Shown here piece by piece: positions 1-9,512 of a stretch of 58,537 nt of DNA. The position numbers were made by a program, and so were the translations under genes. The notes under the pieces were generated by a model. That model ran no database searches, had not been told where the DNA came from, and saw only the letters and a list, made by a program, of their open reading frames with translations. Within the stretch, counting starts at the first letter, position 1. Every line of letters starts with the position of its first letter. The DNA is taken from contig DASXJG010000071.1 of the NCBI GenBank assembly GCA_036497525.1, positions 1-58,537 on the forward strand, in the 5' to 3' direction. The stretch is from Gaiellaceae bacterium. Its GTDB lineage: Bacteria; Actinomycetota; Thermoleophilia; Gaiellales; Gaiellaceae.

Positions 1-2160
1 GACCAGGAGGCATCGAGCGCCCTGCTCGACGCGGGCGCGACGACCCTGCCGGTCGAGCTCAGGCGGCGGATTCTGGAGGAGGCGGCCGGTAATCCGCTCG
101 CCCTGATCGAGCTTCCGGCAGCCGCGGCCGACCTTGGGGCACGCACGCCGCAATCCGGGCCCCTGCCCCTGACTGCTCGGCTCGAGCAGGCGTTCGCATC
201 GAGACTGACGACGCTCGGCACGGACGTGCAGAGGCTGCTTCTCCTGGCGGCGCTCGACGAGATCGACCTGCCCGAGCTGAGCCGGGCGGCAGGAAGGCCG
301 GTGGGCCCCACCGACCTGGCGCAGGCCGTCGACGCCGGCCTCGGGACGCTCGACTCGGGAGGATTCCGCTTCCGGCATCCCCTGATCCGCTCGGCGGTGC
401 AGCAGGCGGCGACGGCCGCCCAGCTTCGCAGTGCCCATGCCGCGCTCGCCGGGGCGCTGGCGGATGAGCCGGACCGCGCCGTCTGGCACCGCGCCGCGGC
501 CGCTCCCGGACCGGACGAAACAGTCGCCGAAGAGCTCGACGCCGCGGCGCAACGGGCGATGAATCGCGGTGCCGCCGACGTCGCGGTCTCTGCCTTCGAG
601 CGTTCTGCAGAGCTGACCGCCGACGCACAGCGCCACGCGATGCGGCTCTACGCCGCCGGCGACCTGGCGCGCGAGGTCGGCCGTTCGAGCGACGCCGTCC
701 GTCTGCTCAGGGCAGCTCGGCAGATCGGGCTTCCGCCTGCCGAGGACGCGATGGCCTCGTTCAATCTGGAGATAGCCGAGAGCACGTGGTCGGGATCGGC
801 CATGATCCGCGACTTCGCGCGGATCGCCCGTGAGCTGGCGGACAGCGGCCAGGGGGAACGGGCCATCGACGCGCTCGACACGATCTCCGTCCGCGCCTAC
901 TGGGAGCGGCTCGACGACGAGACGCGGCGGGAGGTTGCCTCGATCTCCGACGAGATCGCAGTTCCGTCCGACCATCCCACCCGCCTCCACGTCCTCGCGT
1001 CGGTCGATCCGCTCGGGAGGGCCGAACAGGTCGTCGGGCAAGTCGGACGCCTGTCCCCAGTCGGCATCACGGACCCGCAGCACCTCTTCGAGGTCGGCGC
1101 CGCCGCGTCGTCGGTCTGGGCAGAGAATCTGGCGCTCCCCTTCCTCAGGGCAGCGGCCGCCGGGGCTCGGGCGCAGGGTCGGCTGAGCCTCCTTACTCAC
1201 ACGCTCGCGTTCGAGGCCTGGGCCCACATTCGTCTCGGCGCCGTACGCGAGGCGATCACCCGTGCGGCCGAATCTGCACGAATCGCCGAGGAGGTCCGCA
1301 CGCTGCGGTACATGGTGGCCGCACGGCTCGCTCAGGCCGTCGCAGGCGCGGAGCAGGGTGAAGACGAGACCCCCGAGCGCCTTATTGCCGACGCCGAAGC
1401 CCTCCTCATCCCGCTCGGAGCAAACCCGATGCTTTCCCTACCGGCGTTCGCGCGCGGCAGGCTGGCACTTGCCGGGGAGCGGTTCGGCGAGGCGTACGAG
1501 CACCTCGCCCGGATCTTCGACCCGGAGGGCGCCGCGTTCCATCCCTTCGTCCGCGGCTGGGCGCTCGCCGACATCGCAGATGCGGCGGTGCGCGGCGACG
1601 GCGACGTCGATGCGGTTCGCGGCTACGTCGCCGAGTGGGAAGAGATCGCCGTGGCGACGGGCGCACCTCATCTGCAGGTCCAGGTCGCGTACGCCGCGGC
1701 AATCCTGGGCCAGGACGCCGGGACGGAACAGCGGTTCCGTGATGCGATCGCGGCCGCCCAGGCGCAGTGGCCGTTCTACGTCGCACGCGCGCAGCTCGCC
1801 TACGGCGAGTGGCTGCGTAGGCACCGGCGCATGACGCAGTCTCGGGCACCCTTGCGTGAGGCAGCCGAGACGTTCGACGCTCTCGGCCTCGTGCGGTATG
1901 CGGAGCGGGCACGCCGCGAGCTGCGGGCCTCGGGCGAAACCGTCCGCCGCCGCGATCCGAGCGCCTGGGCTCAGCTGTCGCCGCAGGAGCTTCAGATCGC
2001 GCAGCTGGCGGCCGAGGGCCTCTCGAACCGGGAGATCGGCGAGCAGCTCTACCTCTCCCACCGAACCGTCGAGTCCCATCTCTACCGGCTCTTCCCGAAG
2101 CTCGGCGTCACGTCCCGCGCTCAGCTGCGGGACGCGCTGGACCCCGCTTCGAGCTCCTGA
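1..2160 (+). CDS. LuxR-family transcriptional regulator of the large ATP-binding (LAL/MalT-like) type; 5' end lies upstream of the window
   Basis: Frame 1 is open from nt 1 (..RRILEEAAGNPLALIELP..) and continuous with ORF 226..2160. The middle region is a long helical repeat. The C-terminal LuxR HTH reads LSPQELQIAQLAAEGLSNREIGEQLYLSHRTVESHLYRLFPKLGV. Confidence 0.85.
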   Translation, partial: DQEASSALLDAGATTLPVELRRRILEEAAGNPLALIELPAAAADLGARTPQSGPLPLTARLEQAFASRLTTLGTDVQRLLLLAALDEIDLPELSRAAGRPVGPTDLAQAVDAGLGTLDSGGFRFRHPLIRSAVQQAATAAQLRSAHAALAGALADEPDRAVWHRAAAAPGPDETVAEELDAAAQRAMNRGAADVAVSAFERSAELTADAQRHAMRLYAAGDLAREVGRSSDAVRLLRAARQIGLPPAEDAMASFNLEIAESTWSGSAMIRDFARIARELADSGQGERAIDALDTISVRAYWERLDDETRREVASISDEIAVPSDHPTRLHVLASVDPLGRAEQVVGQVGRLSPVGITDPQHLFEVGAAASSVWAENLALPFLRAAAAGARAQGRLSLLTHTLAFEAWAHIRLGAVREAITRAAESARIAEEVRTLRYMVAARLAQAVAGAEQGEDETPERLIADAEALLIPLGANPMLSLPAFARGRLALAGERFGEAYEHLARIFDPEGAAFHPFVRGWALADIADAAVRGDGDVDAVRGYVAEWEEIAVATGAPHLQVQVAYAAAILGQDAGTEQRFRDAIAAAQAQWPFYVARAQLAYGEWLRRHRRMTQSRAPLREAAETFDALGLVRYAERARRELRASGETVRRRDPSAWAQLSPQELQIAQLAAEGLSNREIGEQLYLSHRTVESHLYRLFPKLGVTSRAQLRDALDPASSS

Positions 2161-2245
2161 CGAAGTGCAGTGAATCCACGTAAGCGACCCGGCATCGCCG
2201 GGGCTAGCGTCGCTGCTCGGTACTGCAATTCCGAAAGGAGCCCAG

Positions 2246-2890
2246 TTGACAACCGCAATCATCGGTGTCGGCAACCTCGGGGGCACGGTTGCCAGACACC
2301 TCGTGGCGGGCGACGAGCGCGTCGTCCTGGCCGCGGCCGACGAAGCACACGCCAAGGCGCTCGCCGACGAGCTCGGCCCGAACGCAAGCGCCGCCTCGGT
2401 GGAAGACGCGATCGAAGGAGCAGACGTCGTCGTGCTCGCGACCTGGCTCGACCAGACGAGGGAGTTCCTCCCGGCCGACGCCGGCCTGCTCGAGGACAAG
2501 ATCGTCGTCGACCCCTCGAACCCGATCGGCTTCGAGAACGGCCAGATGATCCGGACGCTGCCGGAGGGCGTGTCGTCAGGATCCGTGGTCGAGGGCTTGC
2601 TCCCCGCGAGCGCGCACTACGTCAAGGCGTTCGGGTCGCTCGGCGCCGTCGAGCAGCTCGCGACGAGCGCGAACCGCGACCCGCGGGTCGTGCTCTTCTA
2701 CGCCACCGACGACGACCAGGCCGAGGCAACGGCCCAACGCCTCATCAAGGCAGCCGGCTTCGAGCCCCTCAAGGTCGGCGGGGTCTCCGAGGCGGGCCGG
2801 ATCGAAGGCCCCGACGGAGAGCTGCAGGGCCGGATCTTCGACCTCGAGGAGGCGCGGGCCACCATCGCAACCGAGGAATCGAAGGCGTGA
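2246..2890 (+). CDS. NADP oxidoreductase, coenzyme F420-dependent / ProC-like family
   Basis: TTG start preceded by GAAAGGAG. N-terminal Rossmann motif IIGVGNLGG. Size of 214 aa and layout are typical of the F420_oxidored family. Confidence 0.7.
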   Translation: MTTAIIGVGNLGGTVARHLVAGDERVVLAAADEAHAKALADELGPNASAASVEDAIEGADVVVLATWLDQTREFLPADAGLLEDKIVVDPSNPIGFENGQMIRTLPEGVSSGSVVEGLLPASAHYVKAFGSLGAVEQLATSANRDPRVVLFYATDDDQAEATAQRLIKAAGFEPLKVGGVSEAGRIEGPDGELQGRIFDLEEARATIATEESKA

Positions 2891-2893
2891 GCG

Positions 2894-4441
2894 ATGTCCG
2901 CTGAAGCTGCGACACCCCCCGTGGTCGCGGCCGAGGACCGCCGCCGCTGGCTCGCGCTCGCCGTGATCGTGACGGCGCAGTTCATGGTCGTGCTCGACAT
3001 CTCGATCGTGAACGTGGCGCTGCCGTCGATCAAGACCGATCTGGATTTCTCGCAGGAGAACCTGCAGTGGGTGATCACCGCCTACTCGATCTTCTTCGGC
3101 GGGTTTCTCCTCCTCGGTGGACGGCTCGCGGATCTGTTCGGGCGCCGGCGCCTGTTCATGGCGGGGCTCTCCTTGTTCACCGTCAGCTCGCTGCTCGACG
3201 GGCTGGCCTGGTCGGAAGGGTCACTGATCGCGTTTCGCGGCTTGCAGGGTCTTGGCGCCGCGATGATGTCGCCCGCCGCACTGTCGATCCTTACGACGAC
3301 CTTCGCGGAAGGTCGCGAGCGCAATCGGGCTCTCGGGATCTGGGGCGCCGTGGCTGGCAGCGGCGGCGCCGTGGGCGTGCTGCTTGGCGGCATCCTGACC
3401 AGCGCATTCAGCTGGCCGTGGATCTTCTACGTCAACGTCCCCGTCGGTGTTGCCGTCCTCCTGCTCAGCCCCGTGCTCTTGCGCGAGAGCCGTGCGGATC
3501 TGTCGTCTCGCTCGTTCGACTTCGCGGGCGCGGTGGCGATCACCTCCGGGCTGATGTTGCTGGTCTACGGGATGACTCGCGCCACGCAACACGGGTGGGG
3601 CACAGCCGAGACCATCGGGCTCCTGACGGCCTCGGCAGTTCTGATCGCGTCCTTCTTCCTGATCGAGTCGCGCACGAAGGCGCCTCTGCTGCCGCTGCGG
3701 ATCTTGCGGCTACGGACACTCGCGGGATCGAACCTGAGCGCCCTGATCGCGACCGCCGCCGTCTTCTCGCAGTTCTTCCTGCTGACGCTGTACATGCAGC
3801 AGGTCCTCCACTACTCGGCGCTCAAGACCGGGGTCGCCTACGTCGGGCTGACGGTGACGACCATCGCCCTCTCGGCCGTCGCGCAAGGGCTCGTGACGAA
3901 GTTCGGAGTCAGGCGCATCCTGCCCGTCGGGCTGGCGCTCTCGACCGTCGCCCTCGTGCTCTTCGCGCAACTGCCCGTCGACGGCCACTACTTCTGGGAT
4001 CTGTTCCCAGGCTTCGTCATCAGCGGGCTCGGGCTGGCCTTCGTGTTCATTCCCATGTCGATCGGCGCACTGACCGGAGTCCGCCCCGCGGATGCCGGAA
4101 TCGCCTCCGGGCTGATAAACACGAGCCAGCAGATCGGCGGAGCGGTCGGCGTAGCTGCCGCCACCACGATCGCGACCACCTTCACCAGGCATTACGTGGA
4201 CTCGCACGCAGGAGTCAGCCCGCTCAGCGGCGCTGCGCTCACGCACGGGTTCGAGGTCGCCTTCTACGCCCTCGCTGCCACCGCCGCCGTCGGTGCCGTG
4301 GTCGCGGCGGTGCTGATCCAGCCGCAGCCGGCCCAGGCCGAGCGTGAGCCGGAAGGCGGCGAGCAGGTACCCGCTGCTTCGCAGCACACCCCGGTCTGCC
4401 AGGCCCGCCGCGCCCACGCGGCGCAGCCCCAACCCAGTTGA
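2894..4441 (+). CDS. MFS transporter, DHA2 (EmrB/QacA-like) drug:H+ antiporter family
   Basis: Multi-TM protein with an N-terminal WLALAVIVTAQFMVVLDISIVNVALPSI segment and a GGRLADLFGRRR loop motif. It starts 3 nt after the previous stop. Confidence 0.85.
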   Translation: MSAEAATPPVVAAEDRRRWLALAVIVTAQFMVVLDISIVNVALPSIKTDLDFSQENLQWVITAYSIFFGGFLLLGGRLADLFGRRRLFMAGLSLFTVSSLLDGLAWSEGSLIAFRGLQGLGAAMMSPAALSILTTTFAEGRERNRALGIWGAVAGSGGAVGVLLGGILTSAFSWPWIFYVNVPVGVAVLLLSPVLLRESRADLSSRSFDFAGAVAITSGLMLLVYGMTRATQHGWGTAETIGLLTASAVLIASFFLIESRTKAPLLPLRILRLRTLAGSNLSALIATAAVFSQFFLLTLYMQQVLHYSALKTGVAYVGLTVTTIALSAVAQGLVTKFGVRRILPVGLALSTVALVLFAQLPVDGHYFWDLFPGFVISGLGLAFVFIPMSIGALTGVRPADAGIASGLINTSQQIGGAVGVAAATTIATTFTRHYVDSHAGVSPLSGAALTHGFEVAFYALAATAAVGAVVAAVLIQPQPAQAEREPEGGEQVPAASQHTPVCQARRAHAAQPQPS

Positions 4442-4463
4442 CGACAACCCGAAAGGAGTCACG

Positions 4464-5432
4464 ATGACAACCGAGGCGACACCCGCCACCTCCGTGCTTC
4501 CCGACTACGCCCCGCTGCCGGAGACGGCTCGCGGTCCGGCGCTCAACGAGCAGGGCTACTACGTCGGCCGCGTCGAGCGGAACCTCTACTTCGTCACCGA
4601 CGGCACCTACATGTGCGCGTTCCTGACCACGTCGGACGGTGTGGTCGTGCTCGACGCGCCGCCGACGATCGGGAACAACATCCACCGCGCGATCGACGAG
4701 ATCGCCTCCGCGAACGGCGTCAGCAACAAGGTCGAGTACCTCGTCTACTCCCACCACCACTCCGATCACGTCGGCGCTGCCTCGCTGTTCGACAAGAACG
4801 TGACGCGCATCGGCCACGAGGAGACCCGAAAGCTGCTGCTCCGCGACAACGACCCGGCGCGGCCGCCGAACGAGGAGACGTTCCAGGACACGCAGACCCT
4901 CGAGATCGGCGGCGACCGGATCGACCTGGCCTTCCACGGCCCCAACCACTCGCCCGACAACATCCTGATCCACCTGCCCGACCACGACACGATGATGCTC
5001 GTCGACATCTGCAACCCGGGCTGGGTGCCGATCTACCGCTCCAACCTCTCCGAAGACATCCCGGGCTACCTCGAGGCGCCGGAGAACGCATTCGCCTACC
5101 CGTGGAAGCACTTCATCGGCGGTCACATGGGCCGGCTCGGCACGCGGGACGACCTCGCGCTGCACCAGCAGTACATGTCGGACATCTCCGACAGCGCGCG
5201 GAACGCGATCGACACCGTCGACCCGACGCCCTACTTCGTGAAGTACGGCGAGAACTTCTGGGCGGCGCTCAAGGGATACCTCGACGAGTGCGCGGCGACG
5301 ACGGCCGCACCCGTGATCGAGAAGTACACCGGCGTGCTCGCGGCGGCGGACGTGTTCACGGAGGACGTGTCGTTCGAGGTGATGCAGTCGATCCGCCTCG
5401 ACCTCGGCTACGGCGCCCAGGTGCACCCGTGA
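4464..5432 (+). CDS. MBL-fold metallo-hydrolase (copy 1)
   Basis: ATG at 4464 follows GAAAGGAG. The HxHxDH motif is present in YSHHHSDHVGAA. The upstream part of ORF 4344.. overlaps the MFS tail and was trimmed. Confidence 0.8.
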   Translation: MTTEATPATSVLPDYAPLPETARGPALNEQGYYVGRVERNLYFVTDGTYMCAFLTTSDGVVVLDAPPTIGNNIHRAIDEIASANGVSNKVEYLVYSHHHSDHVGAASLFDKNVTRIGHEETRKLLLRDNDPARPPNEETFQDTQTLEIGGDRIDLAFHGPNHSPDNILIHLPDHDTMMLVDICNPGWVPIYRSNLSEDIPGYLEAPENAFAYPWKHFIGGHMGRLGTRDDLALHQQYMSDISDSARNAIDTVDPTPYFVKYGENFWAALKGYLDECAATTAAPVIEKYTGVLAAADVFTEDVSFEVMQSIRLDLGYGAQVHP

Positions 5433-6391
5433 CGGCCACGGTCGACACCGCGACCTTTCCCGACTACGCGCCCATCCCCCGGTCGGCGCTCGGCCCGGCG
5501 CTCAACGACCAGGGCTACTACGTCGGCCGCGTCGAGCGGAACCTGTACTGGATCACCGACGGGACGTACCAGTCGGCGTTCCTGACGACGTCGGACGGCG
5601 TCGTCCTGCTGGACGCGCCGCCAACGATCGGCAACAACATCAAGCGCGCGGTCGACGAGATCGCCTCCGCCGACGGCGTCAGCAACAAGATCAACTACCT
5701 GATCTACTCGCATCACCACGCGGACCACGTCGGCGCGGCCTCGCTCTTCGACAAGAACGTGACCCGCATCGGGCACGAGGACACGCGACGCTTACTGCTG
5801 CGGGACGGCGACCCGGCCCGGCCGCCGAACGAGGAGACGTTCCAGGATCGGCGCACGCTCGAGATCGGCGGCGAGCGGATAGACCTCGCCTGGCACGGGG
5901 CGAACCATTCGCCGGACAACATCATCATCCACCTGCCCGACCACGACGCGCTGATGCTGATCGACATCGTCAATCCGGGCTGGGTGCCGGTCTACGTCTC
6001 CAACCTGACCGAGGACATCCCCGGCTACCTCGAAGCGCCCGAGAACGCGCTCGACTACCCGTGGAAGCATTTCATCGGCGGCCACGTCGGACGGCTGGGG
6101 ACACGCGACGACGTGAAGCTCCACCAGCAGTACATGGCCGACATCGCCGACAGCGCGCGGAACGCCATCGACGCCGTCGATCCCAGGGCCTACTACGCGC
6201 ACTACGGCGAGAACAAGTGGGCCGCCGCCAGAGGCCACCTCGACGAGACCACGCGGCTCGCCGCGGAACCGGTGATCGAGAAGTACACGGGCGTGCTCGC
6301 CGGCGCCGACATCTTCACCGAGAGCACGGCGTTCTGGGTGATGGAGTCGATTCGCCTCGACCTCGGCTACGGCTCGCAGGTGCACCCCTGA
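5429..6391 (+). CDS. MBL-fold metallo-hydrolase (copy 2, tandem paralogue)
   Basis: GTG at 5429 overlaps the previous stop (GTGA). The protein is collinear with copy 1 and about 80% identical by eye (YSHHHADHVGAA, LDLGYGSQVHP). The N-terminal 270 aa of ORF 4613.. is out-of-frame shadow of copy 1. Confidence 0.8.
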   Translation: MTATVDTATFPDYAPIPRSALGPALNDQGYYVGRVERNLYWITDGTYQSAFLTTSDGVVLLDAPPTIGNNIKRAVDEIASADGVSNKINYLIYSHHHADHVGAASLFDKNVTRIGHEDTRRLLLRDGDPARPPNEETFQDRRTLEIGGERIDLAWHGANHSPDNIIIHLPDHDALMLIDIVNPGWVPVYVSNLTEDIPGYLEAPENALDYPWKHFIGGHVGRLGTRDDVKLHQQYMADIADSARNAIDAVDPRAYYAHYGENKWAAARGHLDETTRLAAEPVIEKYTGVLAGADIFTESTAFWVMESIRLDLGYGSQVHP

Positions 6392-7011
6392 TGGCCAGCC
6401 TTCCGGTCCGTGACCCGGTTGGCGATCACCTCCTCACGCCGAAGAACTCCGCGCTGGTCCTGATCGACTACCAGCCTCCCCAGTTCTCGGCGGTCCGGTC
6501 GATCGATCCCGAGCTCCTGCGGGAGAACATCGTCTCGGTCGTGAAGACGGCCAACGCGTTCAAGCTGCCGATCGTCCATTCGACGATCAACGTCGCGACC
6601 GGGCGCAGCGAGTCGACCGTCCCCGAGCTCGCGGCGCTGCTCGAGAACGATCCGCCGATCGACCGGACATCGACGAACGCATGGGAGGACGCCGACTTCC
6701 TCGCCGCCGTCCGCGCCACCGGACGGCGCAAGCTGATCATGTGCGCTCTCTGGACGGAGATCTGCATGGCCTTTCCCGCCCTCGACGCACTACGCGAGGG
6801 ATATGACGTCTACCCCGTCGTGGACGCGATCGGCGGCACGAGCGAGGAGGCGCACAGGGCGGGGCTCGAGCGAGTCGTGCAGGCCGGTGGCAGTCCGGTG
6901 GGCTGGGTCGCCCTCGCGGTCGAGTTGCAACGGGACTGGGCGCGGGAGGAGACCGTCGCCGACGTCATCGAAATCGTGCTCACAAAACGGCTGCTGGCGG
7001 CGGAGGGTTGA
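6391..7011 (+). CDS. Isochorismatase-family cysteine hydrolase (YcaC-like)
   Basis: ATG at 6391 overlaps the previous stop (TGATG). Motifs include ALVLIDYQ, the catalytic-Cys region LIMCALWTEICM, and VVDAIGG. Confidence 0.8.
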   Translation: MASLPVRDPVGDHLLTPKNSALVLIDYQPPQFSAVRSIDPELLRENIVSVVKTANAFKLPIVHSTINVATGRSESTVPELAALLENDPPIDRTSTNAWEDADFLAAVRATGRRKLIMCALWTEICMAFPALDALREGYDVYPVVDAIGGTSEEAHRAGLERVVQAGGSPVGWVALAVELQRDWAREETVADVIEIVLTKRLLAAEG

Positions 7012-7030
7012 CGACAGGGAGAATCCAGGA

Positions 7031-7693
7031 ATGACCGTTCGTAACCGACCTCGCAAACGTGCTCCGCTCGCCGATCCGAAGGCGCGCGAGTTCCTGCGCA
7101 AGGCGGACCCTGTTCTCGGGCGTCTGATCGACGAGCGGCCCGACTTCCGGCCGCGCTCGTGGACGGACGAGCTGCCGCCGTTCGACGCCTTCGGGACGCT
7201 CATCTTCCAGATCGCGGGACAGCAGCTGTCAGTCGCGTCGACCCGGGCGATCATCCGGCATCTCCAGGAACGGTTCGGAGGGCACATGCCGTCCGCGGCC
7301 GAGGTGCTCGCTGCCGATCCGCAGGTCCTGCGCGACAGCGGCTTCTCCGCTCGCAAGGGCCAGACGATCCGAGACCTCGCCGAGCGGTTCGTCGACGGAC
7401 GCCTGAGCGACCGGAAACTCGCGCGCATGACGGACGAGGAGGTCGAGGAGACCCTCACCGAAGTCCCCGGAATCGGGCTCTGGACCGCCCGCGGGTTCCT
7501 GCTCGTCGCGCTCGACCGGCCCGACGTGTTCCTCTCGGGCGACCTCGCGCTCCGCCGCGCGATCCAGCGGGCATACGGCTTCGACCACCTGCCGACCGAG
7601 GACGAAGTGGCGGAGGTGTCGGATCGCTGGCGGCCGTATCGCAGCCTCGCCGTCAGCTATCTCTTCGCGTCCGAGTACCAGGAACGACCGTAG
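7031..7693 (+). CDS. HhH-GPD DNA glycosylase, 3-methyladenine glycosylase II (AlkA-type core)
   Basis: FGTLIFQIAGQQLS, the helix-hairpin-helix LTEVPGIGLWTARGFL, and the catalytic-Asp region GDLALRRA. Confidence 0.8.
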   Translation: MTVRNRPRKRAPLADPKAREFLRKADPVLGRLIDERPDFRPRSWTDELPPFDAFGTLIFQIAGQQLSVASTRAIIRHLQERFGGHMPSAAEVLAADPQVLRDSGFSARKGQTIRDLAERFVDGRLSDRKLARMTDEEVEETLTEVPGIGLWTARGFLLVALDRPDVFLSGDLALRRAIQRAYGFDHLPTEDEVAEVSDRWRPYRSLAVSYLFASEYQERP

Positions 7694-9511
7694 GTGGCCG
7701 TCGCCCGGCCGCCCGCCGTTCGTGTCGAGGGCGTGTTCAAGCGGTTCGGCTCGACCACGGCGCTGGCCGGCGTCGACCTGGAGGTTCCGGAGGGCATGGT
7801 CTTCGGGCTCCTCGGCCCGAACGGCGCAGGCAAGACGACCCTCATCCGCATCCTGGCGACGCTGCTCCAGCCGGACACGGGGGAGGCCGAGCTGCTCGGT
7901 CACGACGTCGTCACCGAGGCGGCGGAGGTCCGCGAGCTGTTCGCTCTGACCGGCCAGTTCGCCGCGGTCGACGAGCTGCTCACGGGACGCGAGAACCTCG
8001 AGATGTTCGGACGTCTGTTCCGGCTGTCGAGCGCGGAGGCGAGCCGCCGTGCGACGGAGCTGCTCGAGCGCTTCGAGCTCGCCGACGCCGCCGACAGAAA
8101 CGCGAAGACGTACTCGGGCGGCATGCGACGGCGGCTGGACCTCGCGTCGAGCCTGCTCACGCAGCCGCGCGTGCTGTTCCTCGACGAGCCGACGACCGGC
8201 CTCGATCCTCGGAGTCGCAACGAGATCTGGGACATCGTCCGCGCCCTGCGACGCGAGGGGACGACGATCCTCCTGACCACGCAGTACCTCGAGGAAGCGG
8301 ATCAGCTCGCGGACGAGATCGCAGTCATCGACCACGGCCGCGTGATCGCCGAAGGGACCGGCAACGAGCTGAAGGACCGGGTCGGCGGACACATCCTCGA
8401 GGTCGAGCTGACCGACGCGGGGCAGCGTGAGGAGGCCAGGGCCGCGCTGGTTCGCATCGGTTGCGGCCAGCCGGAGGACGACGGGCGCCCGGACCGGCTG
8501 ACGTTGCCGGCGCCGCGAGACAGCCTCGTCCTCGTCGAGGAGGCCGCGGCCGAGTTGCGTCGCGCCGAGATCGGTGTCAGCGAGCTGGGCCTGCGTGGAC
8601 CGACGCTCGACGACGTCTTCCTGCAGCTGACCGGCCAGCCGCCGAGCGAAAACGGGAGACCCGAGAGCGCTGTTGCCCTCCCCGGGACCCCGGCGAAGCG
8701 GCCCCGCCGCCTGTGGCGCCCACACGCCCCGTCACTGCGAGAGGCCGAGACCAGCCTCATCGACACGGCCGTCGTGACGATGCGGAACCTCCGTCACTTC
8801 TGGCGCCAGCCCGACCTGCTCATCTTCTCGACGATCCAGCCGGTCATGTTCGTCCTGCTGTTCGTCTACGTCTTCAGCGGCGCCATCGGCAAGTCGCTGC
8901 CACCGGGGGTCAGCTACGTCGACTACCTGCTTCCCGGAATCTTCGTCCAATCGGTGACCTTCCGGGCCAGCCAGACGGCCGTTGGCCTCTCCGAGGATCT
9001 GCGGCTGGGCGTGATCGACCGGTTCCGCTCGATGCCAATGGCCCGTTCGGCGGTGCTGGTCGGGCGCACGACCGCAGACCTCGTGCGAAACATCCTGATC
9101 ATCGGCCTGATGATCGTCGTCGGGTATCTGGTCGGCTTCAGCTTCCAGGCAGGCGTCCTCGCGGCGCTCGGCTGTGTGGCCATCATCGCCGCGTGGGGCA
9201 TCGCCCTCAGCTGGATCTTCGCCTTCGTCTCCCTGGTCGTCCGCGGCGCCGAGAGCGCGCAGACCGCCGGATTCGTGATCCTGTTCCCGCTGGTCTTCGC
9301 GAGCTCGGTCTTCGTTCCCGTCCAGACGCTGCCGGACTGGCTGCAAACGATCGCCAAGGTTTCGCCGGTGACGCTGGTCGCGAACGCGGCCCGCACGTTC
9401 GCGTCCACCGGTGGCGTGTCGGATTCGCTGGGGTGGGCGCTCGTGTGGATCGTCGGGATCCTGGTGGTCTTCGTCCCGCTCTCCGTCTGGCGCTACCGCC
9501 GGATGAGCTAG
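7694..9511 (+). CDS. Fused ABC transporter: DrrA-like ATPase joined to an ABC-2 (DrrB-like) permease
   Basis: GTG starts directly after the glycosylase TAG. Walker A is GPNGAGKTT, the signature is YSGGMRRRL, and Walker B is LFLDEPTTGLD. A linker of about 45 aa then leads into a 6-TM ABC-2 permease (MRNLRHFWRQPDLL..) with no stop between the two parts. Confidence 0.8.
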   Translation: MAVARPPAVRVEGVFKRFGSTTALAGVDLEVPEGMVFGLLGPNGAGKTTLIRILATLLQPDTGEAELLGHDVVTEAAEVRELFALTGQFAAVDELLTGRENLEMFGRLFRLSSAEASRRATELLERFELADAADRNAKTYSGGMRRRLDLASSLLTQPRVLFLDEPTTGLDPRSRNEIWDIVRALRREGTTILLTTQYLEEADQLADEIAVIDHGRVIAEGTGNELKDRVGGHILEVELTDAGQREEARAALVRIGCGQPEDDGRPDRLTLPAPRDSLVLVEEAAAELRRAEIGVSELGLRGPTLDDVFLQLTGQPPSENGRPESAVALPGTPAKRPRRLWRPHAPSLREAETSLIDTAVVTMRNLRHFWRQPDLLIFSTIQPVMFVLLFVYVFSGAIGKSLPPGVSYVDYLLPGIFVQSVTFRASQTAVGLSEDLRLGVIDRFRSMPMARSAVLVGRTTADLVRNILIIGLMIVVGYLVGFSFQAGVLAALGCVAIIAAWGIALSWIFAFVSLVVRGAESAQTAGFVILFPLVFASSVFVPVQTLPDWLQTIAKVSPVTLVANAARTFASTGGVSDSLGWALVWIVGILVVFVPLSVWRYRRMS

Positions 9512-9512
9512 G

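Noticed and set aside
59-628. 189-aa minus-strand ORF at the window start
   Set aside because: Extremely Arg/Pro-rich, and antisense to the LuxR/LAL regulator, whose frame is open from nt 1.
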